Assembly: GCA_029974835.1 (NCBI GenBank)
Contig: JARKQN010000039.1
Span: 15,127 to 79,126, forward strand
DNA: 64,000 nt
DNA from: Bacteroidales bacterium
GTDB taxonomy: Bacteria; Bacteroidota; Bacteroidia; Bacteroidales; VadinHA17
Direction of reading: 5' to 3'
The notes under the pieces were generated by a model, which worked only from the letters and a program-made list of their open reading frames with translations, ran no database searches and was not told the DNA's origin. Positions 1 to 9,800 of this stretch are shown in pieces. Positions within the stretch are counted from its first letter, which is position 1; every line of letters starts with the position of its first letter. A program made the translations under genes and the position numbers.

Positions 1-100
1 TCTTCAATAATTTTCCTGTCTGTTATTTCCTGCCTGGAGCGCCTCATCAGTTTACGGGATATTTGAAAGGTACATATTGCTGTATCATAAAGGCTGAAAA

Positions 101-138
101 GCAAAAAAGGCCGGCTAGGGCCTTTTTTGCTTTTTTTT
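101..138. terminator. Bidirectional intrinsic terminator between the window-edge + strand region and the - strand ferredoxin
   Basis: Perfect 12-bp stem gcaaaaaaggcc (101-112) / ggccttttttgc (119-130) with loop ggctag. It is followed by T8 on the + strand (131-138) and by TTTT on the - strand (97-100). Confidence 0.6.
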
Positions 139-155
139 GATTATTGCACTTCAAC

Positions 156-323
156 CTATGCGGGATGGATTGCCTCTACAGGGCATACGTCTGCACAGGC
201 TCCGCAGTCGGTGCAAACATCGGGGTCGATTTTATAAATATCGCCTTCCGAGATGGCCTCAACGGGGCATTCATCGATACATGTTCCGCAGGCGGTGCAA
301 TCTTCATTGATTTTGTAAGCCAT
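156..323 (-). CDS. 2x[4Fe-4S] ferredoxin, 55 aa (not in the ORF track because it is under 60 aa)
   Basis: The reverse-strand ATG at 323 translates to MAYKINEDCTACGTCIDECPVEAISEGDIYKIDPDVCTDCGACADVCPVEAIHPA, with stop TAG at 156-158. It has two canonical CxxCxxCxxxCP cluster motifs. A promoter box lies upstream and a terminator downstream. Confidence 0.85.
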   Translation of the reverse strand: MAYKINEDCTACGTCIDECPVEAISEGDIYKIDPDVCTDCGACADVCPVEAIHPA

Positions 324-358
324 GACTTTTATTAATTTAGTTCGTACTAATCAGTTCC

Positions 359-366
359 CAAAGGTA
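359..366 (-). promoter_or_regulatory. Bacteroidota -7 promoter box TAccTTTG for the ferredoxin
   Basis: The reverse complement of caaaggta is TACCTTTG, matching the TAnnTTTG consensus. It lies 36 nt upstream of the ATG at 323. Confidence 0.45.
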
Positions 367-535
367 ATTTATTCTTTTTTAATTGTGAAATGAATTTTGT
401 CATGTGTGCTGAAAATCATAAATGGCGGCCCTTTAAACTGAATTTACCTGCCCGAAGACCGTAACGGCAGAAATTTTCCGGTCAGCGGACCGGGCTGCTC
501 CGGATGGCGAAGGGCAGAAGATTTTTTCTTACAGA

Positions 536-3500
536 TCAGAAATCAAGACTGAATGAGAGGTAGAACACCATCGGCAGGATATAGCCGTTCTCGATTCCCC
601 AGGCGAAGTCGCCCCTTACAAAATAGCCGAGCAGCTGTGCCCTGAGGCCTCCTCCCACGCCTGCCACTATTGGTTGCCTGTTGGTGTCGAGGTATACCGT
701 TACGGGTCCGTTTACAATAATATCACGGTCGTAGGAGTTCTCGCCCGACCACGGTGTTTTTCCCGACCATGCCGTTCCTACATCTCCGAATCCCACAACC
801 TGAAGACTGTTCAGGAAGTTTGACCTGAGGGGGTGGCCTGCGAAGTACCTGACGAAGGGCCATCTTATTTCACTGTTGATAAGGGCAAAGCTGTTGCCGT
901 TGCGTATGTTCTGGCTGAAGCCGCGCATATTTGTGGCCAGGGCCTGGAACCCGTAGTTATGATATGGGTTGACCCCCAGCGACTGGTCGAACATAGGGAT
1001 TTTATTGAAAATGTAACCCATCCAGTTATCCACTCCGCCGAGGTAATAAATGAGTTTTGTCGGTCCGTACGAAGTGCTTGCAGCAAATCTGTTGGCCCAG
1101 ATGAGCTCGCGGTGAATCCTGAGATAGTACCTGAAATCGGCTCCCAGAACGATCATATCAGATAACTTCCTGCTGATCTCCTTGTAGTATTCTCCGAAGA
1201 TTTTAAAACGGGTGCCGCTGTAAATGTTGATATTTAACTTCCTTGTATTATCGTAGATCAGTTCGCCCTTCAGACCAACCCAATGCCTTGAAATATCCCT
1301 TGAAGAGAGGGTCTGCACGTCGGTTGACAGGAAAACATATTTGTCGAACCTGTATGAGGTTGTTCCTTTCAGGGCGAGGACCGGCGAGAATGCTTTTGTG
1401 AGAGTCAGGTAGAGATTATCGCTGTGTATCTTGAAATATGCGGTGTCATTCGACGAGTTAAAGGTCATACGGTGGTATGTGATCTGTTTGTCGAACTTTC
1501 CCTTGAGATTCTCGAGGCTCAGAAGGTATTCGTTGCTGTCGAAGTTACCAGCGAACCTGAACCCGCCGGTGAGTTTATAATCCTCGAAAAGGTCGAGAAT
1601 TCCTATGCGTGTGAAAAGGTTGGCTCCGGGATTGAAGTAAGGAGCGCCTCCGTTATACGGCTGATATGAGTTATTGAGAAAATTGAAGTCGACCTGGCCG
1701 GCAAGATAGTTATTGTAGAATGACGTCTGGTAGATTCTGATCAGGGGAAGTTTGAGTGTATCTGTCCCGAGATCGATATTCATATAATCTTTTCTCCAGA
1801 GCTGTTCGTAATAATTCTGTTTCTCTTTTTCAAAGATGTAGTGGTTTATGTCAATAGGTTCGTCTTTCGCATAATACTCATACAGAGGTTTTTTCAGCGT
1901 ATCTCTTCTTTTCCTGTCCTCGACGAGGAGCCATTGTCTGAGTTGTTCGATGCTGTCGGCCTTATGCAGAAGCCTGGTCTGTTCTTTCCTGAACCGGGTT
2001 TGCGGAAGTTCCTGCCCTTTCACCCTCAGCGCCGGTTCAATTTTACCTTTTCTGGCATAGTTACGGCCTTTGCTGTAAATTATCTCCCCGTACGAATCAG
2101 AGTTGGCCGTAACGTCGTGATAGCTGATGTTCCGGTCATAGTCGGTGACAGGAAGTGAACTTATGAAATATCTGTAATGCGTGGTTGTGTCAATATAGCT
2201 TATAGTACTGTCGAATACAGCGGTATAACGGTTTATCACTCCGTTGCCGTTTCCGAGATAAGCAATCTCCCGTTTCCCGGTGCTAACCGGCTGGTACCTG
2301 TCTGTGTATCTGCCTTCGGTGAGGCGTGTAAGAAGGTTCCCGCGGTTCCGGATGTTGTAGGTGAAGAGGTCGAAGGTGAGACCTGTTCTTTCAAACGGGT
2401 CTGCCCTGTTTGTGAGGGTATCTCCGAGCCGGTTTGATGAGAAGATTATTTCATCGGGCGACCCCTTCAGGAAGGATGGATTAATGTCGTCGGCCGCATC
2501 CATGGTTATCTGTTCATTCGTTCCTGAAGCAATCGTGTGGAGATATAAGTCGGTGAATCCCTGCCTTACGCCTGATAGTATCAGCTGTGTGCCGTCGGGG
2601 GAATATGAGAAGTCAAGCACTTTGTCGAGGTAGAGGAAGAGCCTGCTTTCGGTGGTTCTCTCCGGCACCCTGTGGAAATATATTTTAAGAAGTGACTTTT
2701 CCTCGTTGATGAATGTCAGAATGTTGCTGTTTGGATGCCATGCTATTACAGGGTAGGTATTGTCGGTCTTGTGTTCGTACCTGGGTTCTGCCCTGAAAAC
2801 AATCCTTGTTTTACCGGTTTGCCGGTTATAGACCCATATCCGTTTTCTTCCCCAGTCGTTGGTAACCCATGCAATGTTTTTCTGGTCCGGACTGATCTTT
2901 ACCTGCTGAAATATCTGTTCTTTCTTTGAGCGTCTGAGCTTATCCTCGTTAAGCGGAGGATTCCCCTTGTCGGATGAGTATTCCTCCCTGTAATACTCCT
3001 GCCACTCTTTAAGCAGGCTGCTCAGCTTCTCTCCCGTGACATAAAGAAAGCCATCATTTATATTCTTGTAAATCTTTGTGAGATAAATGATTGAAGGTAT
3101 GAGAGCATCGCCGTACCTGTTCCCCAGGAATCTCCAGAAAGATTGTCCGGCATAAATTGCGTCCTCGTACTGAAGATGGTTGATGTTTTTGTATTTGCCG
3201 CTTCTGAAGCCGTCCTTCACCCTGTTTTCGGTTTCATAATCCCATCCGAAGGCCACATAGTTAACGAGGCCTTTCAGGTACCAGTCGGGAATATTAAACG
3301 ATTGCGAACTGTTTGTCCGGTCTTTCAGATCGGCACCCGCAATCATTTCATTGATTATTACTTCGGCAACGGATGAAGCTATTTGCTTTTCATAGGCAAC
3401 CCTTGTGCCCTCATAATAGAGCAGTACCTTGTTTTTTATAATCCTGCTGTAACCGCCAAGGTTGTAATCATCTTCCGAGAAGGTAACCAGGCCTGCATTT

Positions 3501-3817
3501 GATTGTTTATATTCTGCCTGTTTGTTGTAAATAATAAAGATTAGTCTTTTATCGAGTGAATAGTCAAAAAAGTTTTCTATCTCCTCCAGTTTTTTAATCC
3601 CGTAATCGGCGGTGAATTTAGCCAGTTCGCGGCCTTCCTCCTTGAAATAGCAGTCGATGTTTTCGAAACGGTAGAACGACCAGTAATAGTCGTAATACTG
3701 TACCCTGTTCTTGCCAAACGACATCTGAAGGCCGTTGTAAAACTGACCTTTGGAAGACAGAGTAAGAATTACTGCAATAAGTGTAGCCAGCAGCCTTCTG
3801 CCAGGGGCTTTGTGCAT
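536..3817 (-). CDS. Outer-membrane protein combining a TolB/PD40-like beta-propeller region with a C-terminal Omp85 (surface antigen D15) type beta-barrel
   Basis: ORF 536..3865. I prefer the ATG at 3817 (MHKAPGRRLLATLIAVILTLSS signal peptide) over the TTG at 3865. PD40-like repeats are present (ISPDQKNIAWVTNDWG, YSPDGTQLILSG). The C-terminus has Omp85-barrel-like segments (YYLGGVDNWMGY, RGFSQNIRNGNSFALINSEIRWPF, GDVGTAWSG) and ends in ..SFSLDF. Confidence 0.6.
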   Translation of the reverse strand: MHKAPGRRLLATLIAVILTLSSKGQFYNGLQMSFGKNRVQYYDYYWSFYRFENIDCYFKEEGRELAKFTADYGIKKLEEIENFFDYSLDKRLIFIIYNKQAEYKQSNAGLVTFSEDDYNLGGYSRIIKNKVLLYYEGTRVAYEKQIASSVAEVIINEMIAGADLKDRTNSSQSFNIPDWYLKGLVNYVAFGWDYETENRVKDGFRSGKYKNINHLQYEDAIYAGQSFWRFLGNRYGDALIPSIIYLTKIYKNINDGFLYVTGEKLSSLLKEWQEYYREEYSSDKGNPPLNEDKLRRSKKEQIFQQVKISPDQKNIAWVTNDWGRKRIWVYNRQTGKTRIVFRAEPRYEHKTDNTYPVIAWHPNSNILTFINEEKSLLKIYFHRVPERTTESRLFLYLDKVLDFSYSPDGTQLILSGVRQGFTDLYLHTIASGTNEQITMDAADDINPSFLKGSPDEIIFSSNRLGDTLTNRADPFERTGLTFDLFTYNIRNRGNLLTRLTEGRYTDRYQPVSTGKREIAYLGNGNGVINRYTAVFDSTISYIDTTTHYRYFISSLPVTDYDRNISYHDVTANSDSYGEIIYSKGRNYARKGKIEPALRVKGQELPQTRFRKEQTRLLHKADSIEQLRQWLLVEDRKRRDTLKKPLYEYYAKDEPIDINHYIFEKEKQNYYEQLWRKDYMNIDLGTDTLKLPLIRIYQTSFYNNYLAGQVDFNFLNNSYQPYNGGAPYFNPGANLFTRIGILDLFEDYKLTGGFRFAGNFDSNEYLLSLENLKGKFDKQITYHRMTFNSSNDTAYFKIHSDNLYLTLTKAFSPVLALKGTTSYRFDKYVFLSTDVQTLSSRDISRHWVGLKGELIYDNTRKLNINIYSGTRFKIFGEYYKEISRKLSDMIVLGADFRYYLRIHRELIWANRFAASTSYGPTKLIYYLGGVDNWMGYIFNKIPMFDQSLGVNPYHNYGFQALATNMRGFSQNIRNGNSFALINSEIRWPFVRYFAGHPLRSNFLNSLQVVGFGDVGTAWSGKTPWSGENSYDRDIIVNGPVTVYLDTNRQPIVAGVGGGLRAQLLGYFVRGDFAWGIENGYILPMVFYLSFSLDF

Positions 3818-3876
3818 CAGATTACCTGTATGTATTTGAGTCAAATGAAGCAAATTCTGTTCCAAAACGTCAAAGG

Positions 3877-3884
3877 CAAAGCTA
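3877..3884 (-). promoter_or_regulatory. -7 box TAgcTTTG for the Omp85-like gene
   Basis: The reverse complement of caaagcta is TAGCTTTG. It is 60 nt upstream of ATG 3817 but only 12 nt from the TTG at 3865, which supports the ATG start. Confidence 0.4.
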
Positions 3885-3926
3885 ATAATTATCCTGGTTT
3901 GATTTTAATTACATTGTAAAGTTTGT

Positions 3927-3934
3927 TAACTTTG
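3927..3934 (+). promoter_or_regulatory. -7 box TAacTTTG for the DUF1573-meaB-tlpA-like gene string
   Basis: TAACTTTG matches TAnnTTTG and lies 100 nt upstream of ATG 4035. Confidence 0.35.
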
Positions 3935-4034
3935 TTCGCCGGTTAAGGCCCGGAATTTGCAGTATAATCATGCAACAAAAAAAGGGTTTCAGCAGTTATA
4001 TTGATATAATGACAAATCAAAATATAATTCAGTT

Positions 4035-5108
4035 ATGAAAAGGTCTTTGGTATTTGTTTTTTTTGTATTCCTGGGTGCGGCTCTTTTAGCCCAGCCGAAG
4101 GTGCAGGTTTCAAAATATGAGCACGATTTTGGCACCTTCAGGGAGGAAGACGGAAGGCAGTCATTTAATTTTGAGGTTACCAATACAGGAAATGCACCGC
4201 TGGTGATACAGAACATAGTTGCCTCATGCGGCTGCACAACTCCGACCTGGACAAAAACACCCATCAGTCCCAACGGCAAGGGAGTGATTACTGCCGTATA
4301 TGATCCTGCAGGAAGGCCGGGGCCTTTTAATAAGACTCTTACTGTTTACACCAATGCCAAACCTGAGACTGTTGTGCTTGTCATTAAGGGTGAGGTAAAG
4401 GAAAGGGAGAGAACCATTGAGGAGATGTATACATGGCAGGTAGGGCAGGTGAGATTTGAAAGCAACCACCTGGCTTTCACAACCATTAAGAAGACCGAGA
4501 AAAAGATTAAGGTGATGCCTGTCATCAATACTTCAAAGGAAAACGTCAAAATCGAGTTTGATCCTACACCGGCTCATATCCAGCTGAAGGCCGTTCCGGA
4601 AGTGCTCAAACCCGGGCAGAAAGGGGTTATTGAAGGAACCTACGACGCCACAAAGAACGGAAACTACGGCACCGTAACAGATATTGCAAGAGTAAAACTA
4701 AACGGAGTTCCGCAGGAAAATATGTGGCTTTATGTTTCGGCCAACCTGACGGAGGATTTTTCACACCTTACCAGGGAGGAGCTTGCCAATGCACCGGTAT
4801 TTAAAATTGCTTCGGCCACTGTCGACCTTGGTGATATGAACCCGTCGACCACAAAGGATTTTGTTTTCACATTTACCAATGCCGGCAAGAGCGACCTTAT
4901 TATCAGAAATGTAAGGTCGACCTGCGGTTGCACTGCAATAAACCAGAGTTCCAATGTGATAAAGCCCGGGGAATCTGGTTCCATAAAAGCCAGTTTCAAT
5001 TCTGGCACATACAAGGGCAGGGTCACAAAAGCCATTTATGTATATACCAACGATCCGTCAAACTCGGAGGTTGTACTTATGCTTAATGCCAACGTGAAGG
5101 CACAATAG
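4035..5108 (+). CDS. DUF1573 domain protein (two tandem DUF1573 modules), secreted
   Basis: It has a signal peptide, [20 protein letters not shown]. There are two copies of the family pattern: F.F.N.G..PL.I with [12 protein letters not shown], and [24 protein letters not shown]. Confidence 0.8.
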   Translation: MKRSLVFVFFVFLGAALLAQPKVQVSKYEHDFGTFREEDGRQSFNFEVTNTGNAPLVIQNIVASCGCTTPTWTKTPISPNGKGVITAVYDPAGRPGPFNKTLTVYTNAKPETVVLVIKGEVKERERTIEEMYTWQVGQVRFESNHLAFTTIKKTEKKIKVMPVINTSKENVKIEFDPTPAHIQLKAVPEVLKPGQKGVIEGTYDATKNGNYGTVTDIARVKLNGVPQENMWLYVSANLTEDFSHLTREELANAPVFKIASATVDLGDMNPSTTKDFVFTFTNAGKSDLIIRNVRSTCGCTAINQSSNVIKPGESGSIKASFNSGTYKGRVTKAIYVYTNDPSNSEVVLMLNANVKAQ

Positions 5109-5116
5109 GATTTTAT

Positions 5117-6232
5117 TTGCCTTTCCGCGAACAAACAGGGCAGATGCCGGAAAAAGAAAAACCCGCAGGTTCTCTTATTGTAAGGGATGGAGTAAGCCAG
5201 CCGCCTGCTGTAAATCCAGATATAGACAAAAAGATTAAGCAGAAAAGCGGTAGAAAGCTTTGTGCGGCATCTTATCTTAAAGGTATTACACAGGGCGACA
5301 GGGCTGTCCTGGGACAGGCAATTACTCTTATCGAATCAAACAATCCTAAACACTTCGACCTCGCTCAGGATGTGGTAGAGAAATGCCTTCCGTTCGGTAA
5401 CAAATCGCTCCGGATAGGCATATCAGGCATCCCGGGTGCAGGAAAAAGCACATTCATTGAAGCGTTTGGCACTATGCTTACCGAAGCCGGACACAAGGTG
5501 GCTGTGCTGGCCATAGATCCGAGCAGCGTAACCACCGGCGGAAGCATACTTGGCGATAAGACCCGGATGGAGAGGCTGAGTACGAACCCCGGAGCCTTCA
5601 TTAGACCCTCACCTTCGGCAGGAACACTGGGAGGGGTGGCCCGTAAAACCCGTGAAACAATTATTCTTTGCGAAGCAGCCGGTTTTGATATTATCCTCGT
5701 CGAAACGGTGGGCGTAGGTCAGTCGGAGACAGCCGTCGCCACGATGGTCGATTTTTTTATTCTGCTTATGGTGGCCGGCGCAGGCGATGAGCTGCAGGGC
5801 ATCAAAAGGGGTATTATGGAAATCGCCGACCTGGTGGCAATCAACAAAGCCGACGGAGATAACAGATTAAGGGCGGAACGGACAGCTTCAGAATTCAGGA
5901 ACGCCGTTCATTTCTTCCCCGGACCCCCATCCGGCATCCCTACCCGGGTGGTTACCTGCTCCTCAAAATACGGGGATGGAATCGGTGAAATTTGGAGCTT
6001 AATCGAGGATTATGTCAGACGCACAAAAGAATCAGGTTACTTCCTTGAAAAAAGAAAGGAACAGAACGTTCAGAGGATGAATGATTTTATCGAAAACTAC
6101 CTCAGGGAGTCATTCTACAATGACAGAAGAGTGGCAGAAATTAAACCCCTGGTGGAAAAACAACTCCGTGAGGGAGAGATAACCTCTTACAAAGGAGCAT
6201 TCATACTTCTTAATAAATTTCTGGATAAATAG
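5117..6232 (+). CDS. meaB: Methylmalonyl-CoA mutase-associated G3E-family GTPase MeaB/ArgK
   Basis: Motifs seen: Walker [28 protein letters not shown], Walker [13 protein letters not shown] and NKAD. The track start is a TTG; the ATG at 5144 is an alternative. Confidence 0.85.
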   Translation: MPFREQTGQMPEKEKPAGSLIVRDGVSQPPAVNPDIDKKIKQKSGRKLCAASYLKGITQGDRAVLGQAITLIESNNPKHFDLAQDVVEKCLPFGNKSLRIGISGIPGAGKSTFIEAFGTMLTEAGHKVAVLAIDPSSVTTGGSILGDKTRMERLSTNPGAFIRPSPSAGTLGGVARKTRETIILCEAAGFDIILVETVGVGQSETAVATMVDFFILLMVAGAGDELQGIKRGIMEIADLVAINKADGDNRLRAERTASEFRNAVHFFPGPPSGIPTRVVTCSSKYGDGIGEIWSLIEDYVRRTKESGYFLEKRKEQNVQRMNDFIENYLRESFYNDRRVAEIKPLVEKQLREGEITSYKGAFILLNKFLDK

Positions 6233-6252
6233 CTGAGTTCCGGTTAAATAAT

Positions 6253-6260
6253 TATTTTTG
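6253..6260 (+). promoter_or_regulatory. -7 box TAttTTTG
   Basis: TATTTTTG lies 22 nt upstream of ATG 6282. Confidence 0.4.
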
Positions 6261-6281
6261 AACCAAAATAAAACCGTTAAA

Positions 6282-7403
6282 ATGAAAAGAATCCTATTAT
6301 TGATTACCTGTGCCGCTGTTATGGTGGCATGCCAGACCAAAAAACCTTCATATAAGGTAACCGGTATTATTTCCGGTGCAGACGATTCGGTACAGTTTGT
6401 ACTGCAAAAGAGAGTATCAGGACAGATTGTTACTCTCGATTCGGCAATGCTTCTCAAAGGTAAATTCGAGATGAAGGGCGGAGCAATTGAATTTCCCGAG
6501 ATGGTTACTCTTCTCGCCAGGGATCTCCGTAAAGGTGTCTCATTCTATCTCGAGAACGCCGAAATAACAATTTCAGGGCATATCGATTCGCTCTCCAAAG
6601 CGGTAATAACCGGATCGAAAACGCAGGACGAATACAAATCTCTCCAGGAATCGCTAGGTAAACTGAATTCGGAATATTCGGAACTCTATGCAAAATACAG
6701 GAAGGCATCTGAGGATGGCAACAAGGAAGAAGCCGCCGGCCTCGAAAAACAGATGGATGAGGTTGAGAACAGGATGACTGAAGTTCAGAAAGACTTTATA
6801 AAAAACAACCCGTCATCCTTTGTCGCGCCATCGGTTCTCCGCAGCATAAGCTACTATCTTGAGGCTGATGAGATCGAATCTTACATAAATGCAATGGACA
6901 CCACTGTGAGAAAAATACAGATGGTAAAGGACCTTGAGACGAGAGTTGAAGCCATGAAGAAGGTGGCTGTCGGACAAAAGGCTTCTGATTTTACCCTTAA
7001 CAGCCCCGACGATAAACCAATTTCCCTCTGGTCGAAAGTAGGGCAGTCGAAACTCCTTCTGGTAGATTTCTGGGCTTCGTGGTGCGGCCCCTGCAGACAG
7101 GAAAACCCGAATGTGGTTAAGGTGTGGACGGAATTTAATAAAAAGGGATTTGATGTTTTCGGCGTGTCGCTCGACAGACCGGATGCAAAGGATAAATGGG
7201 TTCAGGCCATAAAGGATGACAAACTTACCTGGACACATGTTTCCGACCTTAAGTATTGGGATTGCGAGGCAGCAAAGTTATATGCGGTTAATGCCATTCC
7301 CGCCAACTTCCTCCTCGATGAGAACGGAGTAATTATTGCCCGTAACCTAAGGGGTGATAACCTTTACAATAAGGTGAAGGAAATACTGGGCAGTACGAAA
7401 TAA
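6282..7403 (+). CDS. TlpA-family thiol:disulfide oxidoreductase lipoprotein (DUF4369-like N-domain plus thioredoxin fold)
   Basis: The ATG at 6282 gives the lipoprotein signal MKRILLLITCAAVMVAC. The track ORF starts at the TTG at 6258. The active site WASWCGPCRQE is present in the C-terminal thioredoxin-like domain. Confidence 0.8.
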   Translation: MKRILLLITCAAVMVACQTKKPSYKVTGIISGADDSVQFVLQKRVSGQIVTLDSAMLLKGKFEMKGGAIEFPEMVTLLARDLRKGVSFYLENAEITISGHIDSLSKAVITGSKTQDEYKSLQESLGKLNSEYSELYAKYRKASEDGNKEEAAGLEKQMDEVENRMTEVQKDFIKNNPSSFVAPSVLRSISYYLEADEIESYINAMDTTVRKIQMVKDLETRVEAMKKVAVGQKASDFTLNSPDDKPISLWSKVGQSKLLLVDFWASWCGPCRQENPNVVKVWTEFNKKGFDVFGVSLDRPDAKDKWVQAIKDDKLTWTHVSDLKYWDCEAAKLYAVNAIPANFLLDENGVIIARNLRGDNLYNKVKEILGSTK

Positions 7404-7417
7404 CAGCAGGTTTTATA

Positions 7418-7479
7418 AGCAGGATCTGACATTATCCCGGGTCTGAACACTCAGCCCGGGATAGTTCCTGCTTTTTTTA
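7418..7479 (+). terminator. Intrinsic terminator after the TlpA-like gene
   Basis: Nested hairpin: outer stem agcagga (7418-7424) / tcctgct (7466-7472), and inner stem tatcccggg / cccgggata. It is followed by a T-run at 7472-7478. Confidence 0.65.
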
Positions 7480-7556
7480 TTCCCTCCCATTACTCCCCCG
7501 GCACCGGTGAAAAGGAGAGTAAGTCTGAGACTTTTTTTACGGAAGTTGGAAGGATT

Positions 7557-8249
7557 TTAGCCCTGCGGGCTCTCATCTTCCTTTAATTCCTCAAGTATAA
7601 AACCTGTTCCCCTTACGGTGCGCAGGTCGATACCCTTGTCATCCGAAAGGTATTTCCTGAGCCGGCTGATGAACACATCCATGCTCCTGCCCAGAAAATA
7701 ATCATCCTCTCCCCATATCTCCGTGAGGATATCCTCACGCGTGAGGATTTTGTTTTTGTTAAGGATGAAATACCTAAGAAGCTGGGCCTCCTTAAGTGTC
7801 AGTTTCTCCTTGTTTTTGCCCGAGATAAGTTCAAGAGTGTTAAACCTTAGAACTGACTTTGAAATGTGGTATTCATCATTTACCGTCGAATAGGCTCTTT
7901 TCAGGATGTTGTTTATCCTGAGTATCAGGACTTCCGGGTCGAAGGGTTTGGTAATATAGTCATCGGCCCCGAGCCTTAGCCCCTTTACAATATCTTCCTT
8001 GAGGCTTCTTGCGGTGAGAAAAATAAACGGCATCTCGGGAACGGCCTGTTTGATTTTCCCGGCAAGGGTGAAGCCGTCCATTTCTGGCATCATTACATCG
8101 AGCACGCAAATATCGGGTCTTTCCCTGTTAAACTCTTCCCACGCCTCCTTCCCGTCGCGGGCCAGAGTTACGTCAAATCCGCTGATGGTGACATACTGGG
8201 CAAGAATATTCCCGAAATCCCTGTCATCCTCTGCTATAAGTACTCTCAT
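7557..8249 (-). CDS. OmpR-family response regulator (receiver plus winged-helix DNA-binding domain)
   Basis: Receiver motifs are MRVLIAEDD and DVMMPEMDG (phospho-acceptor Asp). KPF is present. The C-terminal trans_reg_C-like region reads LTLKEAQLLRYF...VFISRLRKYL...RTVRGTGF. Confidence 0.9.
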   Translation of the reverse strand: MRVLIAEDDRDFGNILAQYVTISGFDVTLARDGKEAWEEFNRERPDICVLDVMMPEMDGFTLAGKIKQAVPEMPFIFLTARSLKEDIVKGLRLGADDYITKPFDPEVLILRINNILKRAYSTVNDEYHISKSVLRFNTLELISGKNKEKLTLKEAQLLRYFILNKNKILTREDILTEIWGEDDYFLGRSMDVFISRLRKYLSDDKGIDLRTVRGTGFILEELKEDESPQG

Positions 8250-8264
8250 ATCTCTGTATTTTAA

Positions 8265-9650
8265 CTATTTCGGTAATGTAATGGTAAAGGTACTGCCCTC
8301 TCCGGGCTTGCTTTCAACTGTCACACTCCCTCCGTGAGCTTCGGCTATTCTCTTCACGTAATAAAGACCAAGTCCCAGGCCTTTGGTTTTATGAATGTTT
8401 CCCTGGCTCACACGGTAGAATTTGTCAAAAACGTGTTTAAGGTCCTGTTTTCCTATGCCTATTCCATTATCTGTTATAGAAATAACAATACCTTCACGGT
8501 TTTCGCGGCCTTCAACCCTGATCACCGGATCTTTGTCGGAATATTTTACCGCATTCGAAAGCAGGTTGTTGATCATTGTCGTGAAGTAAACGACATCCAG
8601 TCGTATTTTCTGACCTCTGAAGCTGTAGTCTTCCTGTATCACAACCCTGTTGTTACCCGTTCTGAAGCTGTCAACAATATCATGCATCAGCTCACCTATA
8701 TCCACCTCTTTCTTATCGAGCTGAAACTGTGTTCTTTCCCACATGCTGATTTCAAGTATCAGGTTGATAAGCTGGTTAAGATGCACGCTCTGTTTACCTA
8801 TAAGCCTGGCCGTTTCAAGAATTTTGTTTTCGTCGCTGCGGATCCTTTCAATCTCAAGAGTCTTTCCGGCAACTGTTATTGTTGAAAGAGGCGTCTTGAT
8901 CTCGTGGGTCATATTGTTGATAAAGTCGGTTTTGAGATTTGAAAGGCGCTTCTCCTCCATGAGGTTACGGAAAGTGACGATAAGGATGGTAACAACAACC
9001 AGGATGCTGAAGATGCTCATTGCGAGATAAATTGCCATATCCCTGAATACCATCTTCTGCTTTCCCGAGAAATCGATGTAGAAATCAAAGCTTATTCTGT
9101 AATAGTTGTCCTCCCTGAAGAACCTGTTAACAAGTATTTTTGATTTCGGTTTACCTTTCAGTGTGTCATTCTGCGCATTGGGAGACCTGAAAATTGCGGG
9201 GTTTGCGTATATCTCCAGTTTATTGTCGAAGTCGAGGAACTGGAGATAATTGATTTCAATATTCCTTGAAAAGTCGCCTTCGGAACCCTGTCTTTTAAAA
9301 TACCCCTTCAGATAAGGGCTCAGGTTTTCAAGCTCATTAAGAATTTTATAGGCGCCCTGCAGGGCTTCCTCCTTTAGTTTCCTTAGTTCCTCCTCGCTCT
9401 TTATCCTGCCCAGCTCGTCTGTCAGCGTCTCTTTTGCGTAATTGTTAAGAACGACAAGGGCGTTCTCAAATCCGTCGGTTCTGCTCAGCCGGTTAAGCTG
9501 GTCCATGGCCTCCTGTGAAAGGATCTTGTATTTAAGGTCAAAAAGGATATCCTTGTCGACCCAGAGGTCCTTAATGACATATACCTGCACAGCTACCAGG
9601 ATCAGTATTGCCGCAATCCCCGGGATTAGTATTGAGTTCTTTTTGCTCAT
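8265..9650 (-). CDS. Sensor histidine kinase (two TM helices, about 180-aa extracytoplasmic loop, HisKA plus HATPase_c)
   Basis: Motifs seen: H-box FINNMTHEIKTPL, N-box LLSNAVKYS, G1 DNGIGI and G2 GLGLGLYYV. It lies 15 nt upstream of the response regulator on the same strand. Confidence 0.9.
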   Translation of the reverse strand: MSKKNSILIPGIAAILILVAVQVYVIKDLWVDKDILFDLKYKILSQEAMDQLNRLSRTDGFENALVVLNNYAKETLTDELGRIKSEEELRKLKEEALQGAYKILNELENLSPYLKGYFKRQGSEGDFSRNIEINYLQFLDFDNKLEIYANPAIFRSPNAQNDTLKGKPKSKILVNRFFREDNYYRISFDFYIDFSGKQKMVFRDMAIYLAMSIFSILVVVTILIVTFRNLMEEKRLSNLKTDFINNMTHEIKTPLSTITVAGKTLEIERIRSDENKILETARLIGKQSVHLNQLINLILEISMWERTQFQLDKKEVDIGELMHDIVDSFRTGNNRVVIQEDYSFRGQKIRLDVVYFTTMINNLLSNAVKYSDKDPVIRVEGRENREGIVISITDNGIGIGKQDLKHVFDKFYRVSQGNIHKTKGLGLGLYYVKRIAEAHGGSVTVESKPGEGSTFTITLPK

Positions 9651-9800
9651 AGAGATAAATCCGGAGATAAAAATACTTAATTTTCCTTAACCTTGCATTT
9701 GTATTGCGGTATTAACCCGACATTAACTCTTGATTAACAGAAACAAGGTTAAAACGGTTTTATTTTTACATCGTAAACCAGTAATGCAAAGGAGGTAGTC

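Noticed and set aside
1-66. Possible 3-prime end of a + strand CDS (frame 1, ...CLERLISLRDI stop at 64-66) ahead of the bidirectional terminator
   Set aside because: Only 21 codons are visible and nothing in them is recognisable. The terminator orientation is suggestive but not sufficient to call a gene.
144-335. 63-aa + strand ORF from the track
   Set aside because: It is the same-phase antisense shadow of the - strand ferredoxin (156-323). It has no promoter or plausible fold of its own.
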